From Oscillospiraceae bacterium (GTDB lineage: Bacteria; Bacillota; Clostridia; Oscillospirales; Ruminococcaceae): a DNA stretch of 64,000 nt. Of the stretch, positions 59,610 through 64,000 are shown piece by piece (the stretch's first letter is position 1; every line of letters starts with the position of its first letter). The DNA lies in assembly GCA_020024615.1 (NCBI GenBank), contig JAHHTP010000003.1:4112-68111 (forward strand), given 5' to 3'. Position numbers and translations under genes: made by a program. The notes under the pieces are model-generated. The model was not told where the DNA came from. It made no database searches and was given only the letters and a program-made list of their open reading frames with translations.

Positions 59610-60212
59610 TTATTTTAAGAATAGTGCCGCCAACACCTCAGCACAGCCGTCTATCCCCAGTCTAGAACTGTCCAGAACAACATCATAATTATCCATATCG
59701 TTCCATTTTTTCCGGGTGCAGAAAGCATAATAGTTTGCACGCTTTTTATTGAATCGACGGCAGACAGATGCCACATCTTTTTCAGCAATACCATAATCTT
59801 TGATGATTCGCTGCTTTTTGCTCTCATTGTTTGCATGAATAAAAACGCGAAGAACCCCTTCTTTATCTTTTAATGCATGGGAGGCACAATGTCCCACAAA
59901 AATAGCTGGACCATTTAAAGCCAGACTTTTAATCACACGAGTTTCCGCAACCCAAAGTTTTGCCTCTGGAGTTGCTAAATCCGGGTCTCCTGTCTGCGAC
60001 TGGCTCATAACAAAAATCGAATAAAGAAAACTGCTGGAAATATTCTCTTCATATTCTTCCAACTCTTGCAGCGAAACTTTGTGCTGATGCGCCACTGTTT
60101 CCATGATCTCCCTGCCATGACAGGAAATCCCGCATTTTTTAGCGGTTTCCACTGCAATTTTTGTACCGCCACTACCATATTCACGCTCAATGGTTATATA
60201 TTTGAATTTCAT
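59610..60212 (-). CDS. Cytidylate-kinase-like family protein
   Basis: IEREYGSGGTKIAVETAKKCGISCHGREIM matches the CMPK-like family pattern (I..REYGSGG..IA..LA..LG). Confidence 0.65.
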   Translation of the reverse strand: MKFKYITIEREYGSGGTKIAVETAKKCGISCHGREIMETVAHQHKVSLQELEEYEENISSSFLYSIFVMSQSQTGDPDLATPEAKLWVAETRVIKSLALNGPAIFVGHCASHALKDKEGVLRVFIHANNESKKQRIIKDYGIAEKDVASVCRRFNKKRANYYAFCTRKKWNDMDNYDVVLDSSRLGIDGCAEVLAALFLK

Positions 60213-60224
60213 TTTATCACTCCC

Positions 60225-61985
60225 TTAGACTGCCTTTTCAAACTGACTGTTATACAGATCACAATAAAATCCGCCTTTTTCCATCAGGGTATCATGATTG
60301 CCGCTTTCGATAACATCGCCATCCTTCATCACCAGAATCAAATCAGAGTTCTTGATGGTGGAAAGACGGTGCGCAATCACAAAGCTGGTCTTATCCTGCA
60401 TCAGCACATCCATAGCACGCTGAATCATTATTTCGGTTCTGGTATCGACCGAAGAAGTTGCCTCATCCAAAATCAGCATCGGGCTGTTTTGCAACATTGC
60501 ACGCGCAATGGTTAACAGCTGTTTCTGTCCAGCGGAAATCATCGTGCTGTCAGACAGTTCGGTATCAAAACCATGCGGCAGAGAATGCACAAAATGCGAC
60601 AATCCACAGGCCTTGCAGACGCGTTCCAATTGCTCATCGGTAATTCCTTCCATATTGTACACCAGATTTTCCCGAACCGTGCCTTCAAACAGCCAGGTAT
60701 CCTGCAATACCATACTAAACAGCTTATGGATATTCTCTCGCTTCAAATCAGAAGTCGGCACGCCATCAATCGAAATTGAACCGCTATTGACTTCAAAGAA
60801 ACGCATCAACAGGTTAACCATCGTGGTTTTGCCTGCACCAGTCGGGCCGACAATCGCAACCTTCTGTCCCGGTTTAACCTGAATAGAAAAATCCTTAATG
60901 ATGATTTTATCCGGATGATCTGGGTAGCTAAAACGAACATGATTAAAAGATACTGCACCGTGAGCAGTCTGTAAAGCAGCCTGCTTGCTACTTTCATCCG
61001 ATAATTCCTCGGTATTCAGGAAATCAAAGATACGGTCAGCAGATGCGGTTGCAGTTTGTAAATTGGACACACCCTGTGCAATTTGGGTCAGTGGAGCGGT
61101 AAACAGACGAACATACAAAATAAACGATATGATAACGCCAAAAGAAATGGTTCCATTGATTGCAAGCATTGCGCCAACAACGCAGACAGCAACATAACCA
61201 ATATTACCAATTACTGTCATAAGCGGCTGCATCACGCCGGATAAAAATTGAGATTTCCAGTTTGCATCATAAACGGATTTATTCAGTTTTTTAAACTGCT
61301 CCTCTACTTTTCTACTGGCACGGGAAATGCGCAGCACCTCATGACCGGAATACATCTCCTCAATAAATCCGTTTAATAAACCAAGTCTTTCCTGTCTTGC
61401 AACGAAGTACCGCTGAGAATGTCCCATGACCATCATAAGCAGCAACATACCAACAAAAGTAACCCCCATAACACACAAAGCAAGCCGCCATTCGGTAATA
61501 AACATCATAATAAGACATCCGAAAAACTGTGCTGCTGCACTGATAATGCCCGGCAGACTGTTAGAAAGCCCCTGCTGCAAGGTCTGTACATCGTTGGTGA
61601 TACGGCTTAACACATCACCCTGAGAAGTACGATTGAAATAGCTCATCGGTACACGGTTGATCTTTTCAGATAAATCACCGCGCATCATCTTAGAGGTTTC
61701 TAGTGTGACGGTTGCCATAATATAATGCTGTACAAATGTAAACACTGCACTTAACAGATAGATGACCACAAGGGTAATGCCAATTTTACCGATCGCTGTA
61801 AGGTCAATTTCACCTGCCAGACCTTTTTGCATCAGGTTGGTCATTTTACCAATCTGATCTGGTCCAACAATGGTCAGAACTGCACCCACAGCAGCCAGTA
61901 TCAACGCAAAAATCACAATCGGAATGCTGCTTTTCATATAGCCAAACACCTGGTTTAAGGCTGTAAATATATTCTTTTTCTTCAT
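60225..61985 (-). CDS. ABC exporter, fused permease-ATPase (type I heterodimer partner)
   Basis: 6-TM ABC_membrane plus Walker A GPTGAGKTT, LSAGQKQ signature and ILDEATSSVD. RBS agagaggg before ATG 61985. Confidence 0.85.
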   Translation of the reverse strand: MKKKNIFTALNQVFGYMKSSIPIVIFALILAAVGAVLTIVGPDQIGKMTNLMQKGLAGEIDLTAIGKIGITLVVIYLLSAVFTFVQHYIMATVTLETSKMMRGDLSEKINRVPMSYFNRTSQGDVLSRITNDVQTLQQGLSNSLPGIISAAAQFFGCLIMMFITEWRLALCVMGVTFVGMLLLMMVMGHSQRYFVARQERLGLLNGFIEEMYSGHEVLRISRASRKVEEQFKKLNKSVYDANWKSQFLSGVMQPLMTVIGNIGYVAVCVVGAMLAINGTISFGVIISFILYVRLFTAPLTQIAQGVSNLQTATASADRIFDFLNTEELSDESSKQAALQTAHGAVSFNHVRFSYPDHPDKIIIKDFSIQVKPGQKVAIVGPTGAGKTTMVNLLMRFFEVNSGSISIDGVPTSDLKRENIHKLFSMVLQDTWLFEGTVRENLVYNMEGITDEQLERVCKACGLSHFVHSLPHGFDTELSDSTMISAGQKQLLTIARAMLQNSPMLILDEATSSVDTRTEIMIQRAMDVLMQDKTSFVIAHRLSTIKNSDLILVMKDGDVIESGNHDTLMEKGGFYCDLYNSQFEKAV

Positions 61986-62001
61986 GATGCTTTCCCTCTC
62001 T

Positions 62002-63759
62002 TTACGCCAGTTCCGACTCGGAAAACTGGGACATCGCGATTTCACGATAAACCGAACAATTCTTCATCAGATCCTCATGTCTGCCTTTTCCAACAATCCG
62101 TCCCTCATCCAGTACCAGGATCTGATTGGCATGACGAATGGTGCTAATACGCTGGGCAACAATGATTTTGGTGGTATCTGTAAGCGTTTCATTCAAGCCC
62201 GCACGAAGCGATGCATCGGTACGGTAATCCAAGGCAGAGAAAGAGTCATCAAAAATCAGAATTTCTGCTTTTCGTGCCAATGCCCGCGCAATCGAAAGAC
62301 GCTGCTTCTGACCGCCTGATACATTTCGACCGCCCTGCGCAATCTGGTATTTTGAACCACCTTCCAGTTTGCTTACAAATTCGGATGCCTGTGCCAAAGA
62401 GATTGCCTGCTGGATATCGGCATCAGTAGTTTCCTGCTGACTCTCGCCGAATGTGATATTATCTTCAATCGTACCAGAGAACAGAACCGCTTTCTGTGTG
62501 ACATATCCAAGCTTGTTATAAAGTCCGTCAAAGGAATATTCTTTGACATTGACGCCGTCTACCAGCACTTCACCTTTGGTCGCATCGTAGAAACGGGCAA
62601 TCAAACTGATGAGCGTTGTTTTGCCGCTGCCAGTGGCACCGATAATCGCAAGTGTCTCCCCTTTATTTACCTTAAAGTCCACATCAATCAGATCATCCTC
62701 GGCAGCACCTGGGTAACGGAAGGTGACATTCTTAAATTCAACAGTACCGATTTCTTTTCCATCGGTTTTGACACCTTCTTCAATGCTTGCATGGGTATCC
62801 AAAACCTGATTGATACGCTCGGCAGAAACCTGTGCAGCCGGAAGCATCATAAAAATCATAACCAGCATCATAAAGGACATGACAACATAGGTCGCATAGG
62901 TACTGAATACCACCACTTCACTGAACATGGTCAGTCTGGCTGCTGTATCTGCTGCTGGAATGCCGGCAATCAGCACGGCACCCAACCAGAAAATACAAAG
63001 AGACAGACCGTTCATACCAAGGCCCATAATCGGCTGCATTGCAGCAAAGGTACGCTGATTTTTCAGCTGTGTATTCTTCATCTGTGTATTGGTCTTATCA
63101 AATTTCTGATTCTGATAATCCTCGGCATTAAAGGCATGTACAACATTGATACCAGTGAGATTTTCACGGGCAATGCGGTTGATCTTATCGGTTAATTTCT
63201 GTACAATACGAAAGCGAGGCAGAACAGTGGAAACAATGATGGCAACGGACAGACAGATTGCGACAACAAATCCGGCTGTAACCGCAGAAAGTTCCCAGCT
63301 CTTACCCAAAATTTTGATAATCGCCCATACAGCCATAACCGGTGATTTGATCAGTGCTTGCAAGCCCATAACAATCATCATCTGAATCTGGGTAATGTCG
63401 TTTGTCGTACGCGTAATCAAACTTGGAACGGAGAACGAAAGCATTTCCTGCTGTCCCAAACCGATTACATGTTTAAACAGATCCTCTCCAACCCAATAGG
63501 TAAAACCAGAAGCTGCCTTTGCAGACAGATAACCGCAGGCAACACATAAAACAGCACTTGCCAGCGTACATAGCAGCATGGAAAAACCTGTTTTCCAGAT
63601 GTCAGCCATTTCACTCCCCGGCGTCTGAATCAAAACAGTCAGTTCACTCATATAATCTGGTAATTTTAAGTCAAAATAAATTTGACCTAAAAGAAATACG
63701 GCACAAATAAGGCACATGAGAACCTCTTTGCTCCGCATTCGTTTTAATAATTTTAGCAT
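62002..63759 (-). CDS. ABC exporter, fused permease-ATPase (partner of the downstream gene)
   Basis: GATGSGKTT, VSGGQKQRLSIARA, LIFDDSFSALD. RBS aaaggagg before ATG 63759. Confidence 0.85.
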   Translation of the reverse strand: MLKLLKRMRSKEVLMCLICAVFLLGQIYFDLKLPDYMSELTVLIQTPGSEMADIWKTGFSMLLCTLASAVLCVACGYLSAKAASGFTYWVGEDLFKHVIGLGQQEMLSFSVPSLITRTTNDITQIQMMIVMGLQALIKSPVMAVWAIIKILGKSWELSAVTAGFVVAICLSVAIIVSTVLPRFRIVQKLTDKINRIARENLTGINVVHAFNAEDYQNQKFDKTNTQMKNTQLKNQRTFAAMQPIMGLGMNGLSLCIFWLGAVLIAGIPAADTAARLTMFSEVVVFSTYATYVVMSFMMLVMIFMMLPAAQVSAERINQVLDTHASIEEGVKTDGKEIGTVEFKNVTFRYPGAAEDDLIDVDFKVNKGETLAIIGATGSGKTTLISLIARFYDATKGEVLVDGVNVKEYSFDGLYNKLGYVTQKAVLFSGTIEDNITFGESQQETTDADIQQAISLAQASEFVSKLEGGSKYQIAQGGRNVSGGQKQRLSIARALARKAEILIFDDSFSALDYRTDASLRAGLNETLTDTTKIIVAQRISTIRHANQILVLDEGRIVGKGRHEDLMKNCSVYREIAMSQFSESELA

Positions 63760-64000
63760 AATAAAATCCTCCTTTTATTGCTATCCGCTTTCCATACCCT
63801 TATGAAGCATATTCATATTTTAAACAATTACTTCAAAATAATTCTAGAATTCCCTGCATTTTTCTTCCCACAATCCCCACATTAGACTGTGGAAAAAAAG
63901 CTTCTGTATCCCCCATCCTTTTTTAATATATGCACCATACAGATGTTCCTCCTAGAAACTTTAACATTAAATTGTTCAAATATAAACCATTTAATAGTAT

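Noticed and set aside
1-64000. CRISPR arrays, IS elements, transposases, integrases or a prophage
   Set aside because: No direct-repeat/spacer arrays, no DDE or tyrosine-recombinase-like ORFs, no terminal inverted repeats. The only long repeat is the CDS-exact corrinoid gene duplicate.

Overview
This 64-kb window reads as a chromosomal region from an anaerobic, spore-forming Firmicute (Clostridia-like), based on cwlD, anaerobic nrdDG, rubredoxin/FprA, Crp/Fnr regulators and roughly 42% GC. It is gene-dense on both strands and contains no rRNA, CRISPR array, transposase or integrase. The features are about 55 CDSs, one tRNA-Pro(GGG), several intrinsic terminators and two candidate cis-regulatory RNA leaders. 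The findings are listed below, most interesting first.

- **Methyltransferase cassettes:** there are two corrinoid-dependent methyltransferase cassettes, at 22313-25994 and 39774-42550, built from uroporphyrinogen-decarboxylase (URO-D) family methyltransferases.
- **Duplicated corrinoid gene:** the two cassettes carry a 636-bp corrinoid-protein gene that differs at a single synonymous position. The identity stops exactly at the CDS boundaries, which is a gene-conversion signature. The cassettes have different gene order, and only the first has a Met_synt_B12-like accessory protein.
- **Riboswitch-like leader on the P-type ATPase:** a promoter, aptamer-like element and terminator precede the Ca/Mn-type P-type ATPase. 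The motifs GGGAGUAGC and GUCAACAU suggest a yybP-ykoY (Mn2+) type, but this is a memory match only.
- **ORF-free leader upstream of the MATE gene:** a 0.4-kb GC-rich, hairpin-rich, ORF-free region lies upstream of a MATE efflux gene and ends in a terminator-like hairpin. I could not assign it to any RNA family.
- **ParB/BMP fusion:** a 644-aa cytoplasmic protein fuses a ParB/Srx-like N-terminal domain to a BMP/PnrA-like nucleoside-binding domain.
- **Frameshifted TetR:** a TetR regulator gene is split by a frameshift around 13878-13892.
- **Membrane-stress cluster:** a YdjG/YdjI-like cluster with an SPFH protein carrying four C-terminal zinc-ribbon repeats.
- **Redox genes:** rubredoxin, FprA, thioredoxin, CcdA and TlpA lie in the window.
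- **Glycan and sulfatase cluster:** GH3, GH35 and a cytoplasmic Cys-type sulfatase cluster near the 3' end.

Family and motif assignments rest on recalled sequence signatures, not database searches.
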